Positions 1-12,594 of a DNA stretch of 64,000 bases are shown here, piece after piece. The notes under the pieces are model-generated. The model was not told the DNA's origin and searched no databases. It saw only the letters and a list, made by a program, of their open reading frames with translations. Both the position numbers and the translations under genes were made by a program. Source of the DNA: an uncultured Clostridia bacterium. GTDB lineage: Bacteria; Bacillota; Clostridia; TANB77; CAG-508. The stretch's first letter is position 1. Each line of letters opens with the position of its first letter. The stretch lies in assembly GCA_944392545.1 (NCBI GenBank), contig CALXWW010000002.1:59293-123292 (forward strand). Reading direction: 5' to 3'.

Positions 1-503
1 GTTGCTTTTATTTTTTCAAATAAATTTAATTCTACTTCATATTTTTTATCTGCCTTTATTTTCTTTTTAGCTGCATCTATTTTCTTATTTACTGTTTCTA
101 AATCTGCAAATATCAATTCTAAATTTATTGTTTCTATATCTCTTTTAGGATTAATATTTCCATCAACATGAACTATATTAGTATCTTCAAAGCATCTCAC
201 AACTTCGCAAATAGCATCTACTTCACGTATATGTGATAAGAATTTATTTCCTAAGCCCTCGCCCTTACTTGCACCTTTTACTAGTCCTGCAATATCCACA
301 AATTCTATTATAGCATGTGTTGTTTTCTTTGCATTATACATTTTAGTAAGTACGTCAAGTCTTTCATCTGGCACTGGTACAACTCCAACATTTGGCTCTA
401 TTGTACAAAATGGATAATTAGCACACTCTGCACCAGCATTTGTTATTGCATTAAACATTGTACTTTTTCCTACATTTGGTAATCCTACTATTCCGATTTT
501 CAT
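1..503 (-). CDS. ychF: Redox-regulated ATPase YchF (5' part; runs off window start)
   Basis: Manual translation from ATG at 503: [40 protein letters not shown]...[27 protein letters not shown], the YchF signature. Confidence 0.96.
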   Translation of the reverse strand, partial: MKIGIVGLPNVGKSTMFNAITNAGAECANYPFCTIEPNVGVVPVPDERLDVLTKMYNAKKTTHAIIEFVDIAGLVKGASKGEGLGNKFLSHIREVDAICEVVRCFEDTNIVHVDGNINPKRDIETINLELIFADLETVNKKIDAAKKKIKADKKYEVELNLFEKIKA

Positions 504-542
504 ATTTGTTATGCTAAAGCATATCCTCCCCTCAATAAGTTA

Positions 543-1634
543 CTAGTTATTAACTTCATTTATCTGTCCATCTTCTATAGTTTCATTTTGAACTATATTG
601 ACATCAGTAACTTCGTTTACAGGTTCATTGACAATGTCATTTACTATATCTTCACCTGTTGTATCATTTACTATATCGTTTGTTATATCATTTGTTATAT
701 CATTCACTATATCATTTGTTACGTCATTTATTACTGTGTTTTCACCTTTGTCTGGTTTACTTGGTTTGCTTGGTTTTTTATCTTCGTCTTTCTTATTTTC
801 TTCTTCTTCTAATTTTTTCAAATATTCTGGCCAAGGATTATCTGGGTCTGGATCTGTTGGATCCCATCCTCTTATATTACTTGGTGCATCTGATATTTTT
901 CTTGTTGTTGGTTTTCCTAGTGGTCCAGGATTTGAACTATAATAAAATTCAACTTGAGTTCCAACCGGACAATTATTGTAAATCCATAGTGCATCTGCAA
1001 CAGTTAGACGTACACACCCCATTGATACTCTCTGCCCTAGTTGGTCGTATGCCCAATATTCTAGTGATGACTTATCTCCTGATTCTAAATAAGGTACAGA
1101 ATGAAATAGAATATCGTCACAAATCCATGTAGAATATTGTCCATATACGTCTCCCATAAGAGGCCACCAGTTACCTTTTCCTAATGTTCTATATGTTCCT
1201 GATGTCGGTGTATAAGTACCTGTTGAACACACCATTGCCCTTACAGGAACTGTATAATCTCCATTTGAGTCTTGGGTATACACAGTAACTACTTGTGCAC
1301 CATAGTTAACCTTTATGTAATATCTGTCTACTTCTGAAGAAAGTTTATTTTCTTTTTTTAATTTTTCATATTCTTCTTCATTTTTCTTTTTTAATTTATC
1401 TTCATCTTTTATTTCAGTTTTTACTTTTTTTGTATTCTTTTCATTATTCGAAGATACCAATGCTGCTTCATCTATATTTAGCAAACTAGCATTAGCCTCT
1501 ATTGTTTTCTGATGATTAATATATTCAAATGTTCCTATGCAAAGTGTAAATGTAATAATCATAGTGCCTAGTATTGCAAATGCTGCTGTTTCATCTTTTA
1601 TTTTTGTCTTTAGAAAGTCAGAAATTTTTTCCAT
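543..1634 (-). CDS. L,D-transpeptidase (YkuD family) with N-terminal membrane anchor and low-complexity acidic tail
   Basis: N-terminal hydrophobic helix; YYIKVN..VTVY, VCSTG, FHSVPY...SMGCVRL catalytic His/Cys motif. Confidence 0.88.
   Translation of the reverse strand: MEKISDFLKTKIKDETAAFAILGTMIITFTLCIGTFEYINHQKTIEANASLLNIDEAALVSSNNEKNTKKVKTEIKDEDKLKKKNEEEYEKLKKENKLSSEVDRYYIKVNYGAQVVTVYTQDSNGDYTVPVRAMVCSTGTYTPTSGTYRTLGKGNWWPLMGDVYGQYSTWICDDILFHSVPYLESGDKSSLEYWAYDQLGQRVSMGCVRLTVADALWIYNNCPVGTQVEFYYSSNPGPLGKPTTRKISDAPSNIRGWDPTDPDPDNPWPEYLKKLEEEENKKDEDKKPSKPSKPDKGENTVINDVTNDIVNDITNDITNDIVNDTTGEDIVNDIVNEPVNEVTDVNIVQNETIEDGQINEVNN
673..732 (-). repeat. Five imperfect 12-bp coding tandem repeats (NDIT/NDIV)
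   Basis: atatcgtttgtt atatcatttgtt atatcattcact atatcatttgtt acgtcatttatt. Confidence 0.8.
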
Positions 1635-1697
1635 TTGTTTTTAATTCCCCTCTTACTTAAAATTAAGAGCAAATAACATGCTCTTTAAAATATTTGA

Positions 1698-1773
1698 TGG
1701 AGCTTCCAGACGGAATCGAACCGTCGACCCCAGCCTTACCATGGCTGTGCTCTACCTACTGAGCTATAGAAGC
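1698..1773 (-). tRNA. tRNA-Thr(GGT), CCA encoded
   Basis: Reverse complement GCTTCTATAGCTCAGTAGGTAGAGCACAGCCATGGTAAGGCTGGGGTCGACGGTTCGATTCCGTCTGGAAGCTCCA; 76-nt cloverleaf, anticodon GGT; starts 2 nt after the sigH stop. Confidence 0.97.
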
Positions 1774-1775
1774 AC

Positions 1776-2429
1776 TTATTCTTGTTTTAAGCCTTTCATA
1801 GCTTTTTTACGTATACGCTGAATAGCATTGTCTATAGATTTCACAGGAGTATCTAAATCTTCTGCAATCTCAAGATAGCTTTTTCCATTTATATATTTTG
1901 TTAATACTTTTTTCTCAAAATCGCTTAATGATTTATCTATTGCATTTTCTATATTTTGATAATATTCTTTTTTAGTTATAGTGTCTAATGGATCTTCTAT
2001 TAATGTAGTATTGAATATATCTATTAAAGAAGTGTCACTCTTTCCCTCTTCTTCATCATATGCAGATATATTTAAAGATAAATATGAATTAAGTGGCATA
2101 TGTTTTTGCCTGTTTGAGCTTTTAATTGCTGTTATTAATTGTCTTTCTATACACATATTAGCAAAGCTTTTAAAAGAATTTTTCATATCTGACTTATAGC
2201 TTTTTATTGCTTTAAAAAGCCCAATTAGCCCTTCTTGAACTATGTCATCTCTTTCTGCACCAATTATAAAATATTTACTAACTTTTATATTAACCAGCTC
2301 TCTATATTTATTAATTAAATAATCAAAAGCCATTTTATCACCAGATTTAATAATTTCTATTAAATCTTCATCTTTTATATTGTCATAATCTTTATTATTT
2401 GTAGAATAAAAAACATTTGCTTTTTCCAT
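1776..2429 (-). CDS. sigH: RNA polymerase sporulation sigma factor SigH
   Basis: YFIIGAERDDIVQEGLIGLFKAI, ITAIKSSNRQKHMPLNSYLSL, KSIDNAIQRIRKK. Confidence 0.95.
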   Translation of the reverse strand: MEKANVFYSTNNKDYDNIKDEDLIEIIKSGDKMAFDYLINKYRELVNIKVSKYFIIGAERDDIVQEGLIGLFKAIKSYKSDMKNSFKSFANMCIERQLITAIKSSNRQKHMPLNSYLSLNISAYDEEEGKSDTSLIDIFNTTLIEDPLDTITKKEYYQNIENAIDKSLSDFEKKVLTKYINGKSYLEIAEDLDTPVKSIDNAIQRIRKKAMKGLKQE

Positions 2430-2467
2430 ATTTATAAAGATACCTCCTGAAGTTTCCTATGTTCCTA

Positions 2468-2496
2468 ATTATATTCTAGCAATAGCTTTAAGTCAA
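2468..2496 (-). promoter_or_regulatory. SigA-type promoter of sigH
   Basis: Minus strand TTGACT-17 nt-TATAAT. Confidence 0.75.
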
Positions 2497-2568
2497 GAGA
2501 AATTTGATATTTTATTCAATTTGTGCTAATATTATTTTGCTAGTTTTATAAAGTTAAAGGAGATTCTT

Positions 2569-4275
2569 ATGGCATATGATGGTTTAGTAAATTATTCTGT
2601 TGTTTCTGAGCTAAAAAATAGAATAATAAATGGTAAAATAGATAAAATTTTTGAACCTAATTTTGAAGAAATTGTATTAGGTATTTATTCTAATAAAGAA
2701 AAATTTGCTCTTAATCTAGTAATTAATCCTCAATTCTACAGAGCCAACTTAACCACACATACTAAGCAAAATCCTAGTCAAGCGCCCAATTTTTGTATGA
2801 CCCTAAGAAAATATTTACTAGGTACTCATATAGTTAATATATATACTAACAACTTAGAAAGGATTATTTTTATTGAGTTAGAAGGGTATAATAAATCTAA
2901 AGACGAATCAAAGAAAACACTTGTTGTAGAGTTGATGGGAAAGCACAGTAATATTATTTTAATAGATAAAGAAAATATGATAATAGACTCACTTAAACAT
3001 TTTTCTAAAAATTCAGGTTCGTACAGAAATATTTTCGCTGGAGAAAAATATACGTTACCAAAGTCAGATAAGATAGATTTTTTTGAGGTAAAAGATAAGG
3101 ACGAATTTTACAGAATAATAGAAAATAATTCTATAAAACTAAATTCTAAAAGTTTAATAGATATAATTTCTAATACTTTTACTGGTTTTAGTAAATCTTC
3201 TATAAGTGCTATTGAAATGAGTAATAATTTGTCTGATAGCTTGGAAAAAGAAAATATTTATAAGCTTTTCAATTATATTACTCAAATAGTAAATAACAGT
3301 GAAAAAAATATTTGTAAAAAATTTGATAATAAAAATGATTATTTTCTTATCAATTCAAAAAAAGAAAATCCTTTAGAAATAAATTGGTTCTTAGATGATT
3401 ACTATACATCTAAAGAAGTTGATAATACTTTTTTAAACTATAGAAATGGTTTACTAAAATTAATTCTTAACAAGTTGCACAAATTAAATACCAAACTTGA
3501 TTTAGTAAATGAGAAAATAAATGAATGTAAAGATATTAATAAATATAAATTATATGGAGAGCTTATTACTTCTAATCTATATAGAATAGATAATCATAAT
3601 TTAGAATCTATTACTTTGGATAATTATTATGATAATAACAATTCAATTACAATCCAACTAGATAAGAGTATTACTCCTTCTTCTAACGCCAAAAAGTTTT
3701 TCAAAAAATATCAAAAGTTAAAAAATGCAAAAGCTATAGTTGAAGAGCAAAAAATGAAGATAGTGTCTGATATTGATTATCTTGAAAGTATTGTATATGA
3801 AATAGAATCTGCAAATAATATATCTGATGTAGACGAAATCTATTCTGAGATTTCAGAATTAAATATGAATTTAACTAATAAAAAAACAGTCAAGAAAAAA
3901 TCTACTCAAAATAAGCTAAAAAAAATCAACAACATTGGTGAACCCTTAAAGTTCGATATAAATGGTTTTTGTGTTTTGGTTGGCAAGAATAATAAGCAAA
4001 ATGATTATTTAACTACAAAGATTGCTAATAAAGAGGATATTTGGTTGCATGTAAAAGATTTTCAAGGAAGTCACGTTATTATCCTTACTGATAATCGAAT
4101 TCCTAGTCAAGAAACAATAAATACATGTGCAGGACTTGCAAAAAAATATAGTAAAGCAAGCCAATCTTCAAATATAACAGTAGACTATACTTCTATTAAA
4201 AATGTTAAAAAACCTTCTGGAAGTAAGCCAGGTATGGTTATTTATACTAACAATAAAAGTGTAACAGTAAAATAA
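2569..4275 (+). CDS. rqcH: Ribosome quality control NFACT protein RqcH/FbpA
   Basis: MAYDG start, FCMTLRKYL, ELMGKHSNIIL, C-terminal NFACT-R VGKNNKQNDYLT...WLHVKDFQGSHV. Confidence 0.93.
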   Translation: MAYDGLVNYSVVSELKNRIINGKIDKIFEPNFEEIVLGIYSNKEKFALNLVINPQFYRANLTTHTKQNPSQAPNFCMTLRKYLLGTHIVNIYTNNLERIIFIELEGYNKSKDESKKTLVVELMGKHSNIILIDKENMIIDSLKHFSKNSGSYRNIFAGEKYTLPKSDKIDFFEVKDKDEFYRIIENNSIKLNSKSLIDIISNTFTGFSKSSISAIEMSNNLSDSLEKENIYKLFNYITQIVNNSEKNICKKFDNKNDYFLINSKKENPLEINWFLDDYYTSKEVDNTFLNYRNGLLKLILNKLHKLNTKLDLVNEKINECKDINKYKLYGELITSNLYRIDNHNLESITLDNYYDNNNSITIQLDKSITPSSNAKKFFKKYQKLKNAKAIVEEQKMKIVSDIDYLESIVYEIESANNISDVDEIYSEISELNMNLTNKKTVKKKSTQNKLKKINNIGEPLKFDINGFCVLVGKNNKQNDYLTTKIANKEDIWLHVKDFQGSHVIILTDNRIPSQETINTCAGLAKKYSKASQSSNITVDYTSIKNVKKPSGSKPGMVIYTNNKSVTVK

Positions 4276-4325
4276 AAAACAAAAACTGTTGGACTTTAAT
4301 ATAAATTTCCAACAGTTTTTGTTTT
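4276..4325. terminator. Bidirectional intrinsic terminator
   Basis: 18-bp perfect stem AAAACAAAAACTGTTGGA / TCCAACAGTTTTTGTTTT between convergent genes. Confidence 0.8.
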
Positions 4326-4329
4326 CGCT

Positions 4330-4641
4330 TTAGCGATTTTGCCGCTCAAAAGAGCCGCTGCAGGTTGTTTGTAAAACCTCTCCATAAGAATATGACGTAC
4401 CATTCAGAACCAAATCATCGATTCCAAAGGTGTCCATTATTCTCCGAGAAATGTAAGGTTCACCATTTTTTGTAGCCTTAACTCCCAACCAGAGTTTTCC
4501 TTCATAGAATGATCCTCCGGTAATCTCGGCAGAAAAGCTCTTGAGGCTCTTATTCAATTCCCGAAGGAATTGCTTGTTCTGCCCGCTTGTGATAACTCCT
4601 TCGTAGAGTACCACGTTGTTGTTTAGTGTAATTGTCATCAT
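4330..4641 (-). CDS. Hypothetical protein, GC-anomalous (probably recently acquired)
   Basis: 103-aa ORF; hand count about 43% GC over 4321-4620, far above the flanks. Confidence 0.5.
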   Translation of the reverse strand: MMTITLNNNVVLYEGVITSGQNKQFLRELNKSLKSFSAEITGGSFYEGKLWLGVKATKNGEPYISRRIMDTFGIDDLVLNGTSYSYGEVLQTTCSGSFERQNR

Positions 4642-4737
4642 GTTTTTTCACAACCTTTAAAATACTCTCCACTTAATGTGGATGTACTTTATATTATACC
4701 ACTTTATTTTATTTATTGCAAATTTTAGTTTTTCTTA

Positions 4738-5895
4738 TTACATTGCTTCCTCATATAGTTTTATAAAATCTTCTTTAGTAACTTCTCTTGGATTTCCTGG
4801 TTTGCATGGATCTTCCATTGCTTTATCAGCAAGCATTGGTATATCTTCTATTCTTCCTCCAACTTCTCCAACTGTTTGAGTTATGCCAACTCTTTCCGAT
4901 AAATCCTTTATTTTTTCACAGAAAGTTTTGATAACTTCTTCTTTAGTAAACTTACTAGCATCTGTATGAAAAGCATTTGTTAAAATTTCTCTATATTCCT
5001 CATAACTTGTTTCTCCGTTAAATTTCATGACTGTTGGAAGAAGTATAGCATTAGCAAGTCCATGTGGTGTATCATATACAGCACCTAACTGATGTGCCAT
5101 AGAATGAACTATTCCAAGTCCAACATTAGAAAAAGCCATTCCTGCTATGTATTGCCCAAGCCCCATGTTATTTATAGCTTCTTGGTCTTTTTCATTAACT
5201 GCCTTGTCTAAATTATCATATATTAATTGAATTGCTTTCATAGAAAACATTTGAGACATCGTATTTCTGTTTTTAGTTATATATCCTTCTATTGCATGTG
5301 TTAAAGCATCCATTCCTGTTGAAGCAGCAATAGATTTTGGCATAGAAGCCATAAGTTCTGTATCAACAATTGCTATGATTGGAATATCATGTTCATCAAC
5401 ACAAACCATCTTTATTTCTCTTTCTGGATCTGTTATAACATAATTAATTGTAACCTCTGCAGCTGTCCCTGCTGTTGTTGGAAGAGCTATAATTGGTAAC
5501 CCTTTATTTTTTGTATTAGAAGCACCATTTAAAGAAACAACGTCTGCTCTATCTGGGTTTGTCATAATTATAGAAATTCCTTTTGCAGTATCTATGCTAG
5601 AACCACCTCCCACAGCAACTATTAAATCAGCCCCAATTTCTTTGCACATACTAATTCCTGCATTTACATTAGCAATTGGAGGATTTGGAAGCACGTCATG
5701 AAATACTCCGTACTCAATTTTTGCTTCATCTAATATATCTGTTACTTTTTTACTTACACCAGCTTCGTAAAGTGATTTATCTGTAACAACTAAAACTTTT
5801 TTAAATCCTCTATTTTTTATTTCATCTGCAAGAACACTTCTTGCACCTTCTCCAAAATATGAAGTTTCATTTAAAACAAATTTTGTAACTGCCAT
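4738..5895 (-). CDS. fucO: Lactaldehyde reductase / iron-containing alcohol dehydrogenase
   Basis: AVGGGSSIDTAKGI, PTTAGTAAEVTINYVITD, GMDALTHAIEGY, HSMAHQLGAVYDTPHG. Confidence 0.88.
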   Translation of the reverse strand: MAVTKFVLNETSYFGEGARSVLADEIKNRGFKKVLVVTDKSLYEAGVSKKVTDILDEAKIEYGVFHDVLPNPPIANVNAGISMCKEIGADLIVAVGGGSSIDTAKGISIIMTNPDRADVVSLNGASNTKNKGLPIIALPTTAGTAAEVTINYVITDPEREIKMVCVDEHDIPIIAIVDTELMASMPKSIAASTGMDALTHAIEGYITKNRNTMSQMFSMKAIQLIYDNLDKAVNEKDQEAINNMGLGQYIAGMAFSNVGLGIVHSMAHQLGAVYDTPHGLANAILLPTVMKFNGETSYEEYREILTNAFHTDASKFTKEEVIKTFCEKIKDLSERVGITQTVGEVGGRIEDIPMLADKAMEDPCKPGNPREVTKEDFIKLYEEAM

Positions 5896-5907
5896 TTTTT
5901 CCTCCTA

Positions 5908-7341
5908 TTAAAGTATATTTTTCAAAATTATTGTTTTTATTCTGCTCATTTCTTGAAGTGTTGTTAAAACGCCTTCATTTCCTATTCCGCTATGTTTCCA
6001 ACCACCAAATGGCATTTCGAATGAACGATAGAAACTTGCGCCATTTACTATCGCACCTCCACATTCTAGTTTGTCTGCTACTTTCATGCCCAAAGAATAG
6101 TCTTTTGTTATAACACATCCGCATAGACCATAAGATGATTGATTAGCAATCTCTATTGCTTCTTCTACAGTATCAAATCCTATAACAGAGATAACTGGTC
6201 CAAAGATTTCCATATCTTTTGCCACTTCCATATTCTTTGTTACATTATCTAATATTGTTGGATAGTAATATGCATCTTCTCTTTTTGCACCACATACTAC
6301 TGTAGCGCCTTCCTCAACTGTTTTATTTACTTGTTCTTCTATTCTCTTAGCAGCATTTATATTAATCATTGGTCCCATATCTGTATCTTCTTTTGTTGGA
6401 TCTCCAACTTTAAGCTTAGATATAACTTCTTTCATTCTATCTATAAATTCTGCTTTTCTAGAATTATGAATTAAGAATCTTTTACTTGCACAACATACTT
6501 GTCCACCATTATATAATCTTCCCCAGATTGTTTCCTTAACAGCTAAATCCATATCTCCATCTTCTAAGAAAATAAACGCATCATTTCCTCCAAGTTCAAG
6601 CATTACATGTGTTAAGTTTTGTGAACATGTTCCCATTGTTTGAATTCCAGCAGCTGTTCCACCTGTTAAGGATACTAAATGTACTCCTGGATGGCGTGCT
6701 AAAGCTTGTCCTGCTTTTGGTCCATCACCTGTTAAAATTTGAATACATCCTGCTGGAACTCCAGCTTCTATCATTAATTTAACATATTCAATTAATGTAA
6801 GTGGATTGTAATTTGATGGTTTTACAATTATACTATTTCCCATAAGTAGTGCTGGTGGTACTTTTTGACAGAACAAATCACTTGGGAAGTTAAATGGTAT
6901 AATTGCTGCAATAACTCCTATTGGATATCTTTTTGTTATTTGCATTGTTTTTTCTTGACCAGCTTCTTGTCCTGCTGGAATACTTTCTCCATATAAATGT
7001 TTTGCTCTTTCTATAAATGCTCTTACGCCAATTCTAACATTTGCGATTTCTCCTCTTGCTTCTTTTATAGGTTTACCAGTTTCTGCTGTTAAAAGCTGAG
7101 CTAGCCTTTCTTTATTTTCTTCTACCAAATCTACAAATTTATATAATTTGTCTGCTCTTTCATGAATTGGCACGTTTGCCCATTTCTTTTGCTCTATTTC
7201 TGCAACTTTTACAGCTTGATCAACGTCGTCTTCCGTAACATTTGGTACTGTATCAATAAGTTCACTTGTTGCTGGATTTACCACCTCAATTTTGTCTCCA
7301 TTAGAGGCTTCCCTCCATTCGTATCCTATTAAATTTTTCAT
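5908..7341 (-). CDS. NAD-dependent aldehyde dehydrogenase (lactaldehyde/succinate-semialdehyde-type)
   Basis: IIPFNFP, LELGGND, GQVCCA, EIFGPV, PFGGWKHSGIG; start set at MKNLIG (7341) because AGGAGG precedes it. Confidence 0.9.
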   Translation of the reverse strand: MKNLIGYEWREASNGDKIEVVNPATSELIDTVPNVTEDDVDQAVKVAEIEQKKWANVPIHERADKLYKFVDLVEENKERLAQLLTAETGKPIKEARGEIANVRIGVRAFIERAKHLYGESIPAGQEAGQEKTMQITKRYPIGVIAAIIPFNFPSDLFCQKVPPALLMGNSIIVKPSNYNPLTLIEYVKLMIEAGVPAGCIQILTGDGPKAGQALARHPGVHLVSLTGGTAAGIQTMGTCSQNLTHVMLELGGNDAFIFLEDGDMDLAVKETIWGRLYNGGQVCCASKRFLIHNSRKAEFIDRMKEVISKLKVGDPTKEDTDMGPMININAAKRIEEQVNKTVEEGATVVCGAKREDAYYYPTILDNVTKNMEVAKDMEIFGPVISVIGFDTVEEAIEIANQSSYGLCGCVITKDYSLGMKVADKLECGGAIVNGASFYRSFEMPFGGWKHSGIGNEGVLTTLQEMSRIKTIILKNIL

Positions 7342-7385
7342 ACTTGTTTCCCTCCTTTTTATATTTTCTTCTTGTGTCATATTCT

Positions 7386-7409
7386 GACAGTCTACTTCTG
7401 TAGACTGTC
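7386..7409. repeat. Perfect intergenic hairpin within operon
   Basis: GACAGTCTAC-TTCT-GTAGACTGTC. Confidence 0.7.
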
Positions 7410-7413
7410 CTAT

Positions 7414-8580
7414 TCATTTACCAAATGCAGTAAATGATAACATTAATCCTCCACATGTATTTGCGCCATGATCTTTTGATCCATATTCTCCAAAGGTAAA
7501 TATGGTCATAAAAGGAACACCATTTGCTTCCTTCTTTAGTTGTTTCGCTACTTCGTCTATTCTGTCTCCAATTCCCAACTTTCTTCCACCGCAATGAACT
7601 AAAAGATAAGCGCCAACATCTTGTTTTAAACTCTTTTTTGCTTCTTTCATGGCTTTTCCTGTTGAATCTATTAATTCGTCAACTGTAGCTTGCATTTGAA
7701 TAACTGCTGTATTTACAGCCAAATTGTTTCCTATATTCATTGAATAATCATCATTTCCATTCATTGGATGGCGAATTGCTACCAAGTCTCCTAATCTATC
7801 TTTTACTCCAAGTGGTGCTAATATTGTTTGAGAAAGTAGATTTCCCCCTGCTAAATCTTTTAGTTTCTTTCCTGTCCATTCTGCATATTTCTTCATGGCA
7901 GGTATTCCATCTATTTCAACTAATGTTCTCTTACCATCTATTTTTGTAATAACTCCTGAGTTTGTTGTCTCATGATATGCACCTGTATATACATTTGCCA
8001 TTGGCTTATCTGTATAGAAAAATGCTACTGCACATCCATCGGAAAATACTTTATCGTTTGTGTATATACTCCACTCTCCAGATACTGTATTATCTGCTGC
8101 ACTTCCTCCAAAGAAAGGTACTCTACCTATTATGTCCTCAATGCCTTTTAAATAATCCTCTTCCTCTGCAGGAGAGGCTACCATATAAAAATATGCTGGT
8201 GCTACAGTTTGTCCTGCCTTTTCCATCGCTTCTTTTGCAAGCATTCTTCCTGTTGCTCTCGCATCTTTTTGTTTGCTTGATCCCGCTACACCTACAGTCG
8301 TATCTGGATCTCCTATTGCCATAATTCCAACAAATCCGTTTTTTGATGAAATATAACCATCTGGAACTATAATTCCTCCGCTTGATGTACAACCAATGAT
8401 TGGTGCTGTACCAAGTTCTGATTTAGCCCCTTCTAGCACTTTTTTGACATCATTATCAGACGATGTATATAAAAATGCTACCTTGGTTTGAACTAAATCA
8501 ACCACCGCCTTCTTTGCTGAGGCTCTTCCTGCTTCAAAATTATCTGCTTCTGTACTCCATCCTATGTTTGCTTTTAACAT
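7414..8580 (-). CDS. Stand-alone FIST N+C domain protein
   Basis: IIGCTSSGGI, PFFGGSAAD, HCGGR, FTFGEYG motifs typical of FIST. Confidence 0.82.
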   Translation of the reverse strand: MLKANIGWSTEADNFEAGRASAKKAVVDLVQTKVAFLYTSSDNDVKKVLEGAKSELGTAPIIGCTSSGGIIVPDGYISSKNGFVGIMAIGDPDTTVGVAGSSKQKDARATGRMLAKEAMEKAGQTVAPAYFYMVASPAEEEDYLKGIEDIIGRVPFFGGSAADNTVSGEWSIYTNDKVFSDGCAVAFFYTDKPMANVYTGAYHETTNSGVITKIDGKRTLVEIDGIPAMKKYAEWTGKKLKDLAGGNLLSQTILAPLGVKDRLGDLVAIRHPMNGNDDYSMNIGNNLAVNTAVIQMQATVDELIDSTGKAMKEAKKSLKQDVGAYLLVHCGGRKLGIGDRIDEVAKQLKKEANGVPFMTIFTFGEYGSKDHGANTCGGLMLSFTAFGK

Positions 8581-8828
8581 ACAAATTCCTCCTTTGTCTT
8601 TTAAATAAATTTATATAAATTCATTATAAGTTGATTATATAATTAATATATATTTTTTACAACATTTTTTACAAAAAAGTTACAATTATTTTTGTCAAAG
8701 ATTTGAACTTTTTGTAAAACAAAAAAAAGAACTTAAATTAGTTCTCTTTTTAATTAATTTATTATTTAAAGTGGCTATAAATAACATCATTATATGCAAA
8801 CTAGATATTATTTTTATACTTTTAATTT

Positions 8829-9074
8829 TTATTCAGGTATTCCTACTTTATACTCGATTGACTCCATATATGGAAACATTTCCTTTATTCTCTTAAAAGT
8901 AAGCATGCTGTGTCTTGGTTGCGGATTTTTATTATCATCAGTTAAAAGTTTCTGCGTATAACAATTTTCTGACGTTTTAAAAAGTAAATATCTATTTCTA
9001 ACATAAGTAAAATATATTTGATATCCGTCATCCAAATTTTGTTTAAACTCACTAAAAGTATACTTTCCGTCCAT
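8829..9074 (-). CDS. Small hypothetical protein
   Basis: 81-aa ORF with AGGAGG RBS and downstream terminator-like hairpin (~8725-8750). Confidence 0.7.
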   Translation of the reverse strand: MDGKYTFSEFKQNLDDGYQIYFTYVRNRYLLFKTSENCYTQKLLTDDNKNPQPRHSMLTFKRIKEMFPYMESIEYKVGIPE

Positions 9075-9163
9075 TTTTCCTCCTTATTTTCTATCTCCAG
9101 CTTTTACAAACGATTCTTTTTTAATAACTTTTTCAGTTTTAAATTTCTACAGAATCACACAGG

Positions 9164-11786
<2,623 letters not shown>

Positions 11787-11914
11787 TTTCTTCCTCTCAT
11801 TTTTTATTTTTTAATTATATAATATATTTTTCAAAAAATTCTTTATACATTATATATAAATAATATAAAAAAATAAATAGAAAAACAAAAATATTTTTAT
11901 TTTTCTATTTATTT

Positions 11915-12199
11915 TTATTTACTATTTTGTACTATATCAACTATATCTGCAATATATTCTCCTATTACAGGTATATTCCATGTTACTATTTTTTGAAGTA
12001 TAATTAAAATAATTGCTGTTATAATGGTAACTCCTATACCAATTCCTATGCCTTTTACTATACCTGTCCAAATATTTCTAAAAAATAACTCTTTTCTATT
12101 CCCTAAAAGTTCTACTAGGTCCAGTACTTTGCTTTTTGTTAAAGCATAGTTTAAGTTATCCAGCTTTTTATTTAATTCTTTATAAATCTTCTTATCCAT
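11915..12199 (-). CDS. DUF5665-like small membrane protein
   Basis: RNIWTGIVKGIGIGIGVTI...NIPVIGEYIADIV pattern. Confidence 0.7.
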   Translation of the reverse strand: MDKKIYKELNKKLDNLNYALTKSKVLDLVELLGNRKELFFRNIWTGIVKGIGIGIGVTIITAIILIILQKIVTWNIPVIGEYIADIVDIVQNSK

Positions 12200-12296
12200 A
12201 ATTCACCACATTTCTTTCTATATTATCTTACGATTTTTGTTTTTTATGTATAAAAATAAAAAAAGAATAGCTTTTGCTATCCTAATTTTATATTTT

Positions 12297-12497
12297 TTAT
12301 TGAATTCCATATTTCTTTTTAAATTTATCTGCTCTACCACCAGTTGTTTCTCTTTTTAAGTTACCTGTCCAATATGGATGACATTTTGAACAAACATCAA
12401 CTTTGATATCTGACTTTGTTGAATTTGTTTTCATAACATTACCACAAGCACATGTTATTGTAGCTTCTGTGTAGTTTGGATGTATTCCTTCTCTCAT
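12297..12497 (-). CDS. rpmE: 50S ribosomal protein L31 (Zn-binding type)
   Basis: GIHPNY, CACG, DVCSKCHPYWTG, GGRADKF. Confidence 0.97.
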   Translation of the reverse strand: MREGIHPNYTEATITCACGNVMKTNSTKSDIKVDVCSKCHPYWTGNLKRETTGGRADKFKKKYGIQ

Positions 12498-12594
12498 TTT
12501 GTATTCACCTCTTCTTTATTATTTTAAAAACGCTATTTTATATAATAACATACATTGTATTTTTTTTCAAGTATTATATATTTATATTTTAATT

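Noticed and set aside
1698-1773. tRNA-Thr as an integration site or as a frameshift-suppressor tRNA
   Set aside because: No 3'-end duplication or integrase nearby; the anticodon loop is a normal 7 nt with GGT.
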